Assembly: GCF_006345805.1 (NCBI RefSeq)
Contig: NC_043005.1
Coordinates: forward strand, 7,502,001 to 7,566,000
Length of the DNA stretch: 64,000 nt
From: Octopus sinensis
Taxonomy: Eukaryota
Direction: 5' to 3'
A program made the translations under genes and the position numbers. Position 1 is the first letter of the stretch. Every line of letters starts with the position of its first letter. Positions 26,743 to 40,177 of the stretch are shown one piece after another. The notes below the pieces were generated by a model. That model was not told where the DNA came from. It saw only the letters and a program-made list of their open reading frames with translations, and did no database searches.

Positions 26743-27021
26743 TATATACACATATATATATATATACATATAGATATATATACATATATATCATCATCAT
26801 CATCATCATCGTTTAGCGTCCGCTTTCCATGCTAGCATGGGTTGGACGGGTCAACTGGGGTCTGTGAAGCTGGAAGGCTTCGTCAGGCCCAGTCAGATCT
26901 GGCAGGTGTTTCTACGGCTGGATGCCCTTCCTAACGCCAACCACTCCGCGAGTGTAGTGGGTATTTTTTACGTGCCACCTGCACAGGTGCCAGACAGAGC
27001 TATATATATATACAAAATATT

Positions 27022-27069
<48 letters not shown>

Positions 27070-27140
27070 TATAACATGATATATATATATAAAAATATAG
27101 ATATACATATATATACATATATATATATATACATATATAT

Positions 27141-27198
<58 letters not shown>

Positions 27199-27232
27199 TA
27201 CATATATATATATACATATATATATACATACA
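26351..27232. repeat. (TA)n/(TACA)n microsatellite interrupted by an RTE tail
   Basis: Direct reading. Confidence 0.95.
26790..26999 (-). mobile_element. RTE 3' UTR copy
   Basis: (CAT)n tail plus conserved core. Confidence 0.85.
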
Positions 27233-27234
27233 TT

Positions 27235-27670
27235 TACTCTTTTACTCTCTTTTACTCTTTTTACTTGTTTCAGTCATTTGACTGCGGCGATGCTGGAGCA
27301 CCGCCTTTAGTCGAGCAAATCGACCCCGGGACTTATCCTTTGTAAGCCCAGTACTTATTCTATCGGTCTTTTTTGCCGAAATGCTAAGTGACGGGGACGT
27401 AAACACACCAGCATCGGTTGTCAAGCAATGCTAGGGGGACAAATACAGACACACAAACACACACAGACACACAAAAAAACACAGACATATATATATATAT
27501 ATACATATATACGACAGGCTTCTTTCAGTTTCTGTCTACCAAATCCACTCACAAGGCATTGGTCGGCCCGGGATCTATAGCAGAAGACAATTGCCCAAGA
27601 TGCCACGCAGTGGGACTGAACCCAGAACCATGTTGTTGGTTAGCAAGCTACTTACCACACAGCCACTCAT
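27235..27670 (-). mobile_element. tRNA-derived SINE
   Basis: Head gagtggctgtgtggtaag...ggttcagtccc (A/B boxes); tail ggcggtgctccagcat...cagtcaaatgactgaaac(AAGTAAAAG)n. Confidence 0.88.
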
Positions 27671-27748
27671 ATATATACATACATATATATATATACGTAT
27701 ATATAATATATATATACATACATATATATATATATATATACATACACA

Positions 27749-29578
27749 GGCATGCGAACTGTGTGATTCGGCCACTCTATGGCTCAAATATTGAGACAAC
27801 CTGGCTGAAGACTTTCAGCACCAAGCTCAATTGCTCTATCCTGACATGCAGGGTATCAGCAATGAAATCTATAACAAAACACTCATTGACATTGAAGTCA
27901 AAATTGCTAAACTGGGTGGAAATGAATTGTCGACGTATGGCCTGCCACAAGCATTCAGGTCAGAGTCAAATAGCCTTCCCACTGCTGTCATTCGTGAAAC
28001 AACCTATGACACTCAAGCGCTTTCAAGTACATTGTTGAAAACAAGCCTAAATTACTTCTGGACCAGCTGCAGGCCTACAGAACTATTCTTAACAGTGTAC
28101 GCTAACGCGAGGGACAAATCTTCTTCCTCGATGCTCCTGGAGGAACAGGAAAAACATTTATTATAAAGCTTCTCCTTGCAGAAGTTAGGAAGCATCAGGA
28201 CATTGCAGTAGCTGTAGCCTCCTCTGGCATTGCAGCTACTTTGTTACCCAGTGGCAGGACAGCACACTCAACTTTTAAACTCCCTCTCAATTTAGCAGCA
28301 TCCGAAATGCCTTCATGCAACATCAACAAAAGCTCAGATCAGGGACAAGTACTTAAAATGTGTCATCTAATTGTCTGGGATGAGTGCATTATGGCTCACA
28401 AGGGAGCTTTGGAAGCATTTGATAGAGCCCTGAAAGACATCCGGGACTGTCAGGCTCCAATGGGAGGTGTAACGCTTCTGTTGTCAGGTGATTTCAGGCA
28501 AACTCTTCCTGTCATTCTGAAAGGCACTAGAGCAGATGAAGTTCAAGCATGCCTAAAGTCCTCTACCCTGTGGCATCATGTTACAATCCTCAGTCTCACT
28601 ACTAACATGAGAGCTCAGCTACACGCCGACAAAATGTCCACAAAGTTTGCACAGGACATTTTGACACTTGGTGAAGACAAGATGCCTCTCGATGCTGCAG
28701 GACAAATGGAAGTGTGGTCATTTTCCTCTGTTGTTAATTCTGTAGATGACCTCAAAAACAAAGTCTTTCCCAGCTTCACACAAAACTACCAAAATCACAA
28801 TTGGCTGTGTGAAAGAGCAATATTAGCTCCAAACAACGTCGCTGTTAACAAAATTAATCAACAGCTAATGCATTCTCTTCCCGGCACTATACACACTTAC
28901 AAGTCTGTTGATACAATTCCAGATATAAATGAATTTGTGAACTATCCTCCTGAATTTCTCAATTCACTGGAGCCTCCTGGACTACCTCCACACATATTAG
29001 CACTTAAAGTTCGAACTCTTGTAATGCTACTCCGCAATCTGGAACCACCAAGACTTTGCAATGGAACACGACTGGTGATAAAGAAAATGATGTCACGCGT
29101 TATCGAGGCGATCATTATTTCTGGATGTGGAAAAGGTGATGTCGTCTTTATTCCAAGAATTCCTCTTACTCCATCAGGAGCAGAAATTCCATTTACATTC
29201 AGAAGACTGCAATTCCCCCTTCGTGTCAGCTTTGCCATGTCCATTAACAAATCTCAGGGTCAAACCCTCTCTGTAGCTGGTCTTCTCGTGGAAGAGCCCT
29301 GCTTCTTGCATGGGCAACTGTATGTTGGCTGCTCAAGAGTAGGAACCAAAAGAAACCTTTTTGTATATGCTCCACAAGGAGGTGTTATAATCTCAACAGC
29401 CAGGAGGTATATACATGATCCCCCTTTTTTTTAACAAACTTCATGTACTTTCATGTATTTATATTAATATACATATATATGTGTGTGCATGTGTGTTTGT
29501 GTGTATCCATATATATATAACAGAAAAGTCTAATTCTTCAATTGAATGTAACCAGGCGACGCCGGGTATCTCTATTAG
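27749..29578 (+). mobile_element. Helitron unit 1: 5'-truncated PIF1-like helicase + 3' terminus
   Basis: PGGTGKT Walker A, LPSGRTAHSTFKLP, IVWDEC, GDFRQTLPV, FAMSINKSQGQT, HGQLYVGCSRV; terminal hairpin accaggcgacgccgggt; terminus decayed to ATTAG. Confidence 0.93.
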
Positions 29579-29762
29579 TATATATATATACATAGTCACA
29601 ATGAGGTTATTTAAACCTCTTATATGGATATGTTTATCCAAGATACACTGCATACACATATACATAAAGAGACAGGTACACAAAGAAGGACAAATGTGAT
29701 ATATTAAATGTTTAGGTACATAGTGCTAATGAAATAATATGAAAAAGGGTAATCCAACTTAC

Positions 29763-29834
29763 AAACTATTCAAAGTGGGAAGATCCCTGATTGCCCCTTC
29801 TTGAATAAACGATATTCTATTATGTTCCAGAGAT
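29763..29834 (-). CDS. LRR gene exon 3, copy A
   Basis: tctttgctatAG...|GTAAGT; (L)SLEHNRISFIQEGAIRDLPTLNS(L); 72 nt, phase 2-2. Confidence 0.85.
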
Positions 29835-30360
29835 CTATAGCAAAGAAAGAGATCATAAGAATGTTAGCAAAAGATATTAAACATTAGGCTTAAATAATTA
29901 TTTCTAAGCCGAATGATTGCTTAATAGTGATTGATTAATAGGAAAAATGAAGTCATGCTGACAATTAATAATTCCAAATTGCATATATATTCATAAAAGC
30001 ATAACGTCATTTATTTTGAAGGTGTCATCGTAGCTGTTATCCATTTTCTGTTAAATTGAAAAATGACTTGTCATTTGTTGTGATGTGTTATTCTTGTTTC
30101 CATTGTTAAACATGAATTTTCCAATTTGAATCAAATTATTTTTCTGCCTTAGTTGTTGATTTTCTTATGCTATTCTTTGTCTTAATTAATTTTCATATTA
30201 ATGTAACTGTTGTTGTATTGTTGCAATTCTTTTTTAGTTTAATCTCGAGTGTGTGATTGAATCAGATGTTTTATGACTGGTTATTAAAATAAGAAATATT
30301 GGCCTCATACTCTAAAACATATATGTGTGTCCTTATAAATGACATATTCATATATATACA

Positions 30361-30389
<29 letters not shown>

Positions 30390-30392
<3 letters not shown>

Positions 30393-33300
30393 ACTGAGAA
30401 TGTGTGTCTATCTGTCTGTCTGTGTGTTTCCCTAAAATAGAGAACTACACAACCAATTTCATTCAAATTTTACACATGCCTTACTTAGGGTCCATGTAGT
30501 TTCATGGGCAAAACAAATGTTCAACTTCTTGCTTAGAGCGAGCCCAAAGCAATATCATATCTTCTCCACTATTTCAGTATTACATGTTAAAAGTGAAACA
30601 AAAACATTTCTCCATTTCATGTCAGATGCTTTCACTTTTACAATAAAAATAATAATAACAATTGAATTATATGTAGTAAGTAATAATTAAAATCAAACTA
30701 AAGTATAATATAATCGTAACATAACAAAAGTAAAAATAGCAATTGGTATAAAATTGCATCAATGACCTGAACTTGAATAAGTGGTTTCACATGAATGAGA
30801 ATAAATTAAAAATAAAATTTAAGTGCAGAAATGGAATAGTCCAGATGGATAAAAAAAAATTAAATTAAAGAAAAGACTATTGTCTATAAAGTATACAATG
30901 TAGAGAAAAAAGATTTGAACACCTGGAGGAAAGCACCTTCGAAAAGTGTCTTGGTGTGACTATGAATGATATCTAACCAGAGGCGGTAAATTCGCCAGAA
31001 TAGAAGCAAGATTCGAGTCAATGGAGCATGCAAGGCAGTACTAGACTCGAACTTGCAAAGTGGAAATATTTTATTTTTACGTTTATATCTGGGACGTAGG
31101 ACGTCCCGGATAAAAATGAAAAATGTCCCCCCTCCCAGCAGTAGAGGTAGGCTGGATTGTAGCCACACTTCTATACAAGAGGGAGGACAAGATACAATTG
31201 ATCGAAATTGCAAGAGACGGGCTTACAATTCCAGTCTATTATATATTTTGAGTATTGTTATCACTAGCGATATCAAGATATAACTTTGTATTTTGTATTT
31301 TATGTGTAGATGTATATATATAGATGTACATGTAATATGTACACATATATATACACATATATACATGCACTAGCACTATGACCCGGCAACGACGGGTCAT
31401 AATGCTAGTATATATATATATATATATCTTTATATATATAAAACTGAGAATGTGTGTCTGTCTGTCTGTGCGTTTCCCTAAAACTTGAGAACTACACAAC
31501 CAATTCCAATCAAATTTTACACATGCCTTACTTAGGGTCCCTGTAGGTTCATGGGCGAAAAAAATGTTCAACTTCTGGCCTAGAGCGAGCCCATAACAAT
31601 ATCATATCTTCTCCACTATTTCAGTATTACATGTTAAAAGGGAAACAAAAACGTTTCTCTATTTTATGTCAGATACTTTCACTTTAACAATAAAAATAAT
31701 AATAACAATTGAATTATATGTAGTAAGTAATAATTAAAATCAAACTAAAGTAACATGACAAAAGTAAAATAGCAATTGGTATAAAATTGCATCAATGACT
31801 TGAACTTGAATAAGTGGTTTCACATGAATGGGAATAAATTAAAAATAAAATTAGCGTGCAGAAATGGAATAGTCCAGATGGATAAAAAAAATTAAATTAA
31901 AGAAAAGACTATTGTCTATAAAGTATACAATGTAGAGAAAAAAGATTTGAACACCTGGAGGAAAGCACCATCGAAAAGTGTCTTGGTGCGACTATGAAAG
32001 ATATCTAACCAGAAGTGGTAAATTTGCCACAATAGAAGCAAGGTTCGAGTCAACGGAGCGTTCAAAGGAGTACTCGACTTGAACATGTGAAGTGGAAATA
32101 TTTTATTTTTACCTTTATATCTGGGACGTAGGACGTCCTGGAAAAATAATTTTAATGGCTCCCCCCCCCCGAAGTAGAGGTAGGCTGGATTGTAGCCACA
32201 CTTCTATACAAGAGGGAGGACAAGATACAATTGATCGAAATTACAAGAGACAGGCTAACAATTCCAGTCTGTTATATATTTTGAGTATTGTTATCACTAG
32301 CGATATCAAGATATAACCTTGTATTTTGTGTTTTATATGTAGATGTATATATATAGATGTACATGTAATATGTACACATATATACACATATATACATGCA
32401 CTAGCACTATGACCCGGCAACGACGGGTCTTTAATGCTAGTATATATATAAGACTGAGAATGTGTGTCTGTCTGTCTGTGTGTTTCCCTAAAACTTGAGA
32501 ACTACACAACCACTTTCATTCAAATTTTACATATGCCTTACTTAAGGTCCGTGGAGTGTCATCGGCAAAAAAATCTTAACTTTTTCCCTAGGGCGAACCC
32601 ACAGCAATATCATATCTTCTCCACTATTTCAGTATTACGTGTTAAAAGTGAAACAAAAACATCTCTCTTTTGTAATGCACACACTTTCACTATTAAAGTG
32701 AAAGTATTATATAACGGGGACGAACCATTAACAAGTGGTCATCCATTTTGCTAGAAGATCCGCTATGGTCTTATATGCTACGCCACTGGTTTTCAATTCA
32801 TATTAATCAAATTAATATTCAATTTTTCACCCTTATTATGTGTGTGTGTGTGTGTGTGTATTAGCAATTCGTATAAAATTGCATCAATGACTTGAACTTG
32901 AATAAGTGGTTTCACATAAATGGGGATAAATTAAAAAGATTTGTTATTATTATTATTACTGTTTGACTATTGTACTCACTGTTGGTTCCCCGTCGAGGAA
33001 ACGTTGTGTTGCATATCTTAAATAATTGTAAAGCGTAACCCTACCCCTTTCGGAGAAGGGGCTTTGGTTATTGTTTAAAAATTGAATTGTGCCTCTGTTT
33101 GGGGAAATTGACAATATTTTCACCGTCTTTACGGTAGCATTTTTGTTAAAATGCCTTCGATAGAAGAAAGTCCAAAAATGAATTTCGCTGCAGCCATACA
33201 CTTCTATACAAGAGGGAGGACAAGATCCAATTAATCGAAATTGCAAGAGACGGGCCTACAATTCCAGTCTGTTATATATTTTGAGTATTATCACTAGCGA

Positions 33301-33611
33301 TATCAAGATATAACTTTGTATTTTGTATTTTATGTGTAGATGTATCTATATAGAATGGTTGTATACTGTCAATCTAACACGAACGTGACAGTAGGGGGGT
33401 TCACCACCGCTGTTTAGCCCTAGGAAGCATCGACGCCTCCTGATGGCTTTGGCACATTTTTCCTGTGTCCTAATATACATTTTTAGATTGACAGTATACA
33501 ACCATTCTATCGCCCCACCACCGTACATGTCTACGAGAGATTTAAAAATTTAGTATTTCTGATGTATATATATAGATGTACATGTAATATGTACACATAT
33601 ATATACACATA
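30390..33611 (+). mobile_element. Tandem non-autonomous Helitrons, family A (30390-31408, 31427-32440, chimeric third copy)
   Basis: ~1 kb units starting TC(TTTATATATATAAAACTGAG) or a TA-eroded version, ending with hairpin tatgacccg-gcaacga-cgggtcata + CTAG, separated by (TA)n. Confidence 0.85.
33351..33509. mobile_element. Small MITE, perfect 26-bp TIR (TA ends), nested in a Helitron A copy
   Basis: tagaatggttgtatactgtcaatcta / tagattgacagtatacaaccattcta. Confidence 0.85.
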
Positions 33612-33661
33612 TATACATGCATAATATAACTACCCATACACACATACTCACACACACATAC

Positions 33662-33810
33662 ATAGGGGCAGGTGTGGCTGTGTGGTAACAAACTACGTTC
33701 CAAACACATGGTCCTGGGTTCAGTCCCACTGTGTGGTGACTTGGCATGTGTCTTCTGCTGTAGCCTCAGACCAACAAAAGCCTTCTCAGTGGATTTTGTA
33801 TATATATACA
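33662..33810 (+). mobile_element. Diverged SINE head (same family)
   Basis: gtgtggctgtgtggtaac...gggttcagtcccactgtgtgg. Confidence 0.7.
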
Positions 33811-33899
33811 GGCATACATACATATATATACTTGCATACGTACATATTCAGCATAAACACTCTACCACTACAACTAATAACTGTTGGGAACACTTTCAA

Positions 33900-36800
33900 A
33901 CCTGCCTTACATTCGAACCGGAATCTCAACGCCCGAGTTTTCCATCTGAAGTTAATCTCTCTCATGGAACTCATACAAAAAGGGCAAGTCTTTGGGCCCA
34001 TACAATGTGACATGTACACAATCGAGTGGCAAAAAAGGGCCTTCCACATGCTCATATCCTGCTTTGGCTCTCAACGAAGATCAATTCCAATGACATCGAC
34101 AAGATAATCTCTGCAGAGCTTCCTGATCCATCTTTAGCCAAAGAACTATACGAAATAGTTAAAGCAAACATGGTACATGGTCCATGTGGGCCTGGATTCA
34201 ACATAAACACACCATGCTTGAAGGACAGCATATGTTCAAAAAGATTTCCAAGGAGGTTCCTACAAGAAACTCAGACAGTTGCTGATGGGTATCCATCGTA
34301 CAGACGCAGAAAACCAGAAGATGGAGGATTCACAGCAACTATCGGACAGCACGATATTGATAATAGATGGATTGTTCCATACTGCCCACTCCTGTCAAAG
34401 ACTTTCAATGCCCACATCAACGTTGAGTTTCGAAACTCCGTTAAATCCATCAAGTACGTTTGCAAATTTGTAAACAAGGGTTCTGACGCTGCAATGTTTG
34501 GACTTCAACAAGAATACTGCCAGGATGGAGTGACGCATTATCAGGTAGGACGGTACATAAGTAGCAACGAGGCTTTCTGGCGCATCTTTGGCTTTCCAAT
34601 TCATTAACGACACCCCGCCATTCAACAGCTTGCAGTGCACCTGGAAAAGGGTCAAAGAGTGTACTTCACCGATGCTAATGCTTCTCTGTTGGCAGAGGAA
34701 CCAAGGGATAGCACACTCACTGCATTCTTCAAGCTTTGTCAAGTGGATCCATTCACTCAAACCTTGCTGTATCCACAGATTCCATCGTACTACACTTGGA
34801 ATGGAAAAAAAATGGGCCCCACGGAAAGCAGGTCAAAATGCTCATGGATACCCTGGCATTAAGTTTCACACTTGCCTTGGGCGAGTATACACAGTGCATC
34901 CCACTCAACAAGAGTGCTTCTACCTTTGTCTACTACTGCATGAGGTCAGAAGGCCAACGTATTTCCAGGCTCTAAAAACCGTCCATGGACATGTCTGCAC
35001 AACATACAGAGAAGCCTGATATCGACAAGGTCTGTTAGAAGATGGTGCACAATGGGATGCAACTTTAGGAGAGGCTGCTTTATCACAATCACCTAAAAGT
35101 CTTAGGGCACTATTTGCAGTATTACTACAAGCATGCGGACTGTGTGATCCGGCCACTCTATGGCTCAAATATAGAGACAACCTGGCTGAAGACTTTCAGC
35201 GCCAAGCTCAATTGCTCTATCCTGACATGCAGGGTATCAGCAATGTAATCTATAACAAAACACTCATTGACATTGAAGTCAAAATTGCTAAACTGGGTGG
35301 AAATGAATTGTCGACGTATGGCCTGCCACAAGCATTCAGGTCAGGGTCAAATAGCCTTCTCACTGCTGTCATTCGTGAAACAACCTACGACACTCAAGCG
35401 CTTTCAAGTACATTGTTGAAAACAAGCCTAAATTACTTCCGGACCAGCTGCAGGCCTACAGAACTATCCTTAACAGTGTACGCCAACGCGAGGGACAAAT
35501 CTTCTTCCTCGATGCTCCTGGAGGGACAGGAAAAACATTTATTATAAAGCTTCTCCTTGCAGAAGTTAGGAAGCATCAGGACATTGCAGTAGCTGTAGCC
35601 TCCTCTGGCATTGCAGCTACTTTGTTACCCAGTGGCAGGACAGCACACTCAACTTTTAAACTCCCTCTCAATTTAGCAGCATCCGAAATGCCTTCATGCA
35701 ACATCAACAAAAGCTCAGATCAGGGACAAGTACTTAAAATGTGTCATCTAATTGTCTGGGATGAGTGCACTATGGCTCACAAGGGAGCTTTGGAAGCATT
35801 AGATAGAGCCCTGAAAGACATCCGGGACTGTCAGGCTCCAATGGGAGGTGTAACGCTTCAGTTGTCAGGTGATTTCAGGCAAACTCTTCCTGTCATTCTG
35901 AAAGGCACTAGAGCAGATGAAGTCCAAGCATGCCTAAAGTCCTCTACCCTGTGGCATCATGTTACAATCCTCAGTCTCACTACTAACATGAGAGCTCAGC
36001 TACACGGCGACAAAATGTCCACAAAGTTTGCACAGGACATTTTAACACTTGGTGAAGACAAGATGCCTCTCGATGCTGCAGGACAAATGGAAGTGTGGTC
36101 ATTTTCCTCTGTTGTGAATTCTGTAGATGACCTCAAAAACAAAGTCTTTCCCAGCTTCACACAAAACTACCAAAATCACAATTGGCTGTGTGAAAGAGCA
36201 ATATTAGCTCCAAAAAACGTTGCTGTTAACAAAATTAATCAACAGCTAATGCATTCTCTTCCCGGCACTATACACACTTACAAGTCTGTTGATACAATTC
36301 CAGATATAAATGAATTTGTGAACTATCCTCCTGAATTTCTCAATTCACTGGAGCCTCCTGGACTATCTCCACACATAATAGTACTTACAGTGGGAACTCT
36401 TGTAATGCTACTCCGCAATCTGCAACCACCAAGACTTTGCAATGGAACACGACTGGTGATAAAGAAAATGATGTCACACGTTATCGAGGCGATCATTATT
36501 TCTGGATGTGGAAAAGGTGATGTCGTCTTTATTCCAAGAATTCCTCTTGCTCCATCAGGAGCAGAAATTCCATTTACATTCAGAAGACTGCAATTCCCCC
36601 TTCGTGTCAGCTTTGCCATGTCCATTAACAAATCTCAGGGTCAAACCCTCTCTGTAGCTGGTCTTCTCGTGGAAGAGCCCTGCTTCTTGCATGGGCAACT
36701 GTATGTTGGCTGCTCAAGAGTAGGAACCAAAAGAAACCTTTTTGTATATACCCACAAGGAAAAACAAGGAACATTGTTTACAACGAGGTGTTATAATCTC

Positions 36801-36983
36801 AACAGCCAGGAGGTATATACACGATCCCCTTTTTTTTTAACAAACTTCATGTACTTTCATGTATTTATATTAATATACATATATATGTGTGTGCGTGTGT
36901 GTTTGTGTGTATCCATATATATATAACAGAAAAGTCTAATTCTTCAATTGAATGTAACCGGGCAACGCCAGGTATCTCTGCTA

Positions 36984-36984
<1 letters not shown>
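33900..36984 (+). mobile_element. Helitron unit 2: Rep (HUH) C-part + PIF1-like helicase, frameshifted
   Basis: ARVFHLKL, IEWQKRGLPHAHILLWL (HUH), KYVCKFVNKG, then helicase ORF 35622-36926; 3' hairpin accgggcaacgccaggt + CTAG. Confidence 0.95.
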
Positions 36985-37018
<34 letters not shown>

Positions 37019-37186
37019 GTCACAATGAGGTTATTTAAACCTCTTATATGGATATGTTTATCCAAGATACACTGCATACACATATACATAAAGAGACAGG
37101 TACACAAAGAAGGACAAATATGATATATTAAATGTTTAGGTACATAGTGCTAATGAAATAATATGAAAAAGGGTAATCCAACTTAC

Positions 37187-37258
37187 AAACTATTCAAAGT
37201 GGGAAGATCCCTGATTGCTCCTTCTTCAATATACGATATCGTATTATGTTCCAGAGAT
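37187..37258 (-). CDS. LRR gene exon 3, copy B (divergent)
   Basis: tctttgctatAG...|GTAAGT; (L)SLEHNTISYIEEGAIRDLPTLNS(L); 72 nt, 5 nt differ from copies A/C. Confidence 0.85.
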
Positions 37259-37808
37259 CTATAGCAAAGAAAGAGATCATAAGAATGTTAGCAAAAGATA
37301 TTAAACATTAGGCTTAAATAATTAATTCTAAGCCGAATGATTGCTTAATAGTGATTGATTAATAGGAAAAATGAAGTCATGCTGACAATTAATAATTCCA
37401 AATTGCATATATATTCATAAAAGCATAACGTCATTTATTCTGAAGGTGTCATCGTAGCTGTTATCCATTTTCTGTTAAATTGAAAAATGACTTGTCATTT
37501 GTTGTGATGTGTTATTCTTGTTTCCATTGTTAAACATGAATTTTCCAATTTGAATCAAATTATTTTTCTGCCCTAGTTGTTGATTTTCCTATGCTATTCT
37601 TTGTCTTAATTAATTTTCATATTAATGTAACTGTTGTTGTATTGTTGCACTTCTTGTTTAGTTTAATCTCGAGTGTGTGATTGAATCAGATGTTTTATGA
37701 CTGGTTATTAAAATAAGAAATATTGGCCTCATACTCTAAAACATATATGTGTGTCCTTATAAATGACATAATCATATATATACATATATGTATATACATA
37801 TATGTATA

Positions 37809-37867
<59 letters not shown>

Positions 37868-37905
37868 ATATATATATATATATATTATATATATATATAT
37901 ATATA

Positions 37906-39013
37906 TAAAACTGAGAATGTGTGTCTATCTGTCTGTCTGTGTGTTTCCCTAAAATAGAGAACTACACAACCAATTTCATTCAAATTTTCCACATGCCTTA
38001 CTTAGGGTCCATGTAGTTTCATGGGCAAAACAAATGTTCAACTTCTTGCTTACAGCGAGCCCAAAGCAATATCATATCTTCTCCACTATTTCAGTATTAC
38101 ATGTTAAAAGGGAAACAAAAACACTTCTCTATTTTATGTCAGATGCTTTCACTTTTACAATAAAAATAATAATAACAATTGAATTATATGTAGTAAGTAA
38201 TAATTAAAATCAAACTAAAGTATAATATAATCATAACATAACAAAAGTAAAAATAGCAATTGGTATAAAATTGCATCAATGACTTGAACTTGAATAAGTG
38301 GTTTCACATGAATGGGAATAAATTAAAAATAAAATTAGCGTGCAGAAATGGAATAGTCCAGATGGATACTAAAAAATTGAATTAAAGAAAAGACTATTGT
38401 CTATAAAGTATACAATGTAGAGAAAAAAGATTTGAACACCTGGAGGAAAGCACCATCGAAAAGTGTCTTGGTGCGACTATGAATGATATCTAACCAGAGG
38501 CGGTAAATTCGCCAGAATAGAAGCAAGATTCGAGTCAATGGAGCATGCAAGGCAGTACTAGACTCGAACTTGCAAAGTGGAAATATTTTATTTTTACCTT
38601 TATATCTGGGACGTAGGACGTCCCGGATAAAAATGAAAAATGTCCCCCCTCCCAGAAGTAGAGGTAGGCTGGATTGTAGCCACACTTCTATACAAGAGGG
38701 AGGACAAAATACAATTGATCGAAATTGCAAGAGACGTGCTTACAATTCCAGTCTATTATATATTTTGAGTATTGTTATCACTAGCAATATCAAGATATAA
38801 CTTTGTATTTTGTATTTTATGTGTAGATGTATATATATAGATGTACATGTAATATGTACACATATATATACACATATATACATGCACTAGCACTATGACC
38901 CGGCAACGACGAGTCATAATGCTAGTATATATATATATATCTTTATATATATAAAACTGAGAATGTGTGTCTGTCTGTCTGTCTGTGCGTTTCCCTAAAA
39001 CTTGAGAACTACA
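37906..39013 (+). mobile_element. Non-autonomous Helitron family A (37906-38925) + 5' stub (38940-39013)
   Basis: Same termini and body as 30390-31408. Confidence 0.85.
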
Positions 39014-39020
39014 AGCCTAA

Positions 39021-39957
39021 ATTGGTGAAGACAAGATGCCTCTCGATGCTGCAGGACAAATGGAAGTGTGGTCATTTTCCTCTGTTGTTAATTCTGTAGA
39101 TGACCTCAAAAACAAAGTCTTTCCCAGCTTCACACAAAACTACCAAAATCACAATTGGCTGTGTGAAAGAGCAATATTAGCTCCAAACAACATCGCTGTT
39201 AACAAAATTAATCAACAGCTAATGCATTCTCTTCCCGGCACTATACACACTTACAAGTCTGTTGATACAATTCCAGATATAAATGAAGTTGTGAACTATC
39301 CTCCTGAATTTCTCAATTCACTGGAGCCTCCTGGACTACCTCCACACATATTAGCACTTACAGTGGGAACTCTTGTAATGCTACTCCGCAATCTGGAACC
39401 ACCAAGACTTTGCAATGGAACACGACTGGTGATAAAGAAAATGATGTCACACGTTATCGAGGCGATCATTATTTCTGGATGTGGAAAAGGTGATGTCGTC
39501 TTTATTCCAAGAATTCCTCTTGCTCCATCAGGAGCAGAAATTCCATTTACATTCAGAAGACTGCAATTCCCCCTACGTGTCAGCTTTGCCATGTCCATTA
39601 ACAAATCTCAGGGTCAAACCCTCTCTGTAGCTGGTCTTCTCATGGAAGAGCCCTGCTTCTTGCATGGGCAACTGTATGTTGGCTGCTCAAGAGTAGGAAC
39701 CAAAAGAAACCTTTTTGTATATACCCACAAGGAAAAACAAGGAACGTTGTTTACAACGAGGTGTTATAATCTCAACAGCCAGGAGGTATATACATGATCC
39801 ACTTTTTTTTTTAACAAACTTCATGTACTTTCATGTATTTATATTAATATACATATATATGTGTGTGCGTGTGTGTTTGTGTGTATCCATATATATATAA
39901 CAGAAAAGTCTAATTCTTCAATTGAATGTAACCGGGCAACGCCAGGTATCTCTGCTA

Positions 39958-39958
<1 letters not shown>
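39021..39958 (+). mobile_element. Helitron unit 3: helicase C-terminal half + 3' terminus
   Basis: ORF 39036-39797 nearly identical to units 1 and 2; same hairpin + CTAG end. Confidence 0.93.
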
Positions 39959-40002
<44 letters not shown>

Positions 40003-40177
40003 ATACATAGTCACAATGAGGTTATTTAAACCTCTTATATGGATATGTTTATCCAAGATACACTGCATACACATATACATAAAGAGAAAGGTACACAAAG
40101 AAGGACAAAAGTGATATATTAAATGTTTAGGTACATAGTGCTAATGAAATAATATGAAAAAGGGTAATCCAACTTAC

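Noticed and set aside
28241-39797. Host PIF1 helicase gene family
   Set aside because: Upstream HUH Rep motifs, hairpin+CTAG termini, frameshifts and lack of introns identify these ORFs as Helitron.
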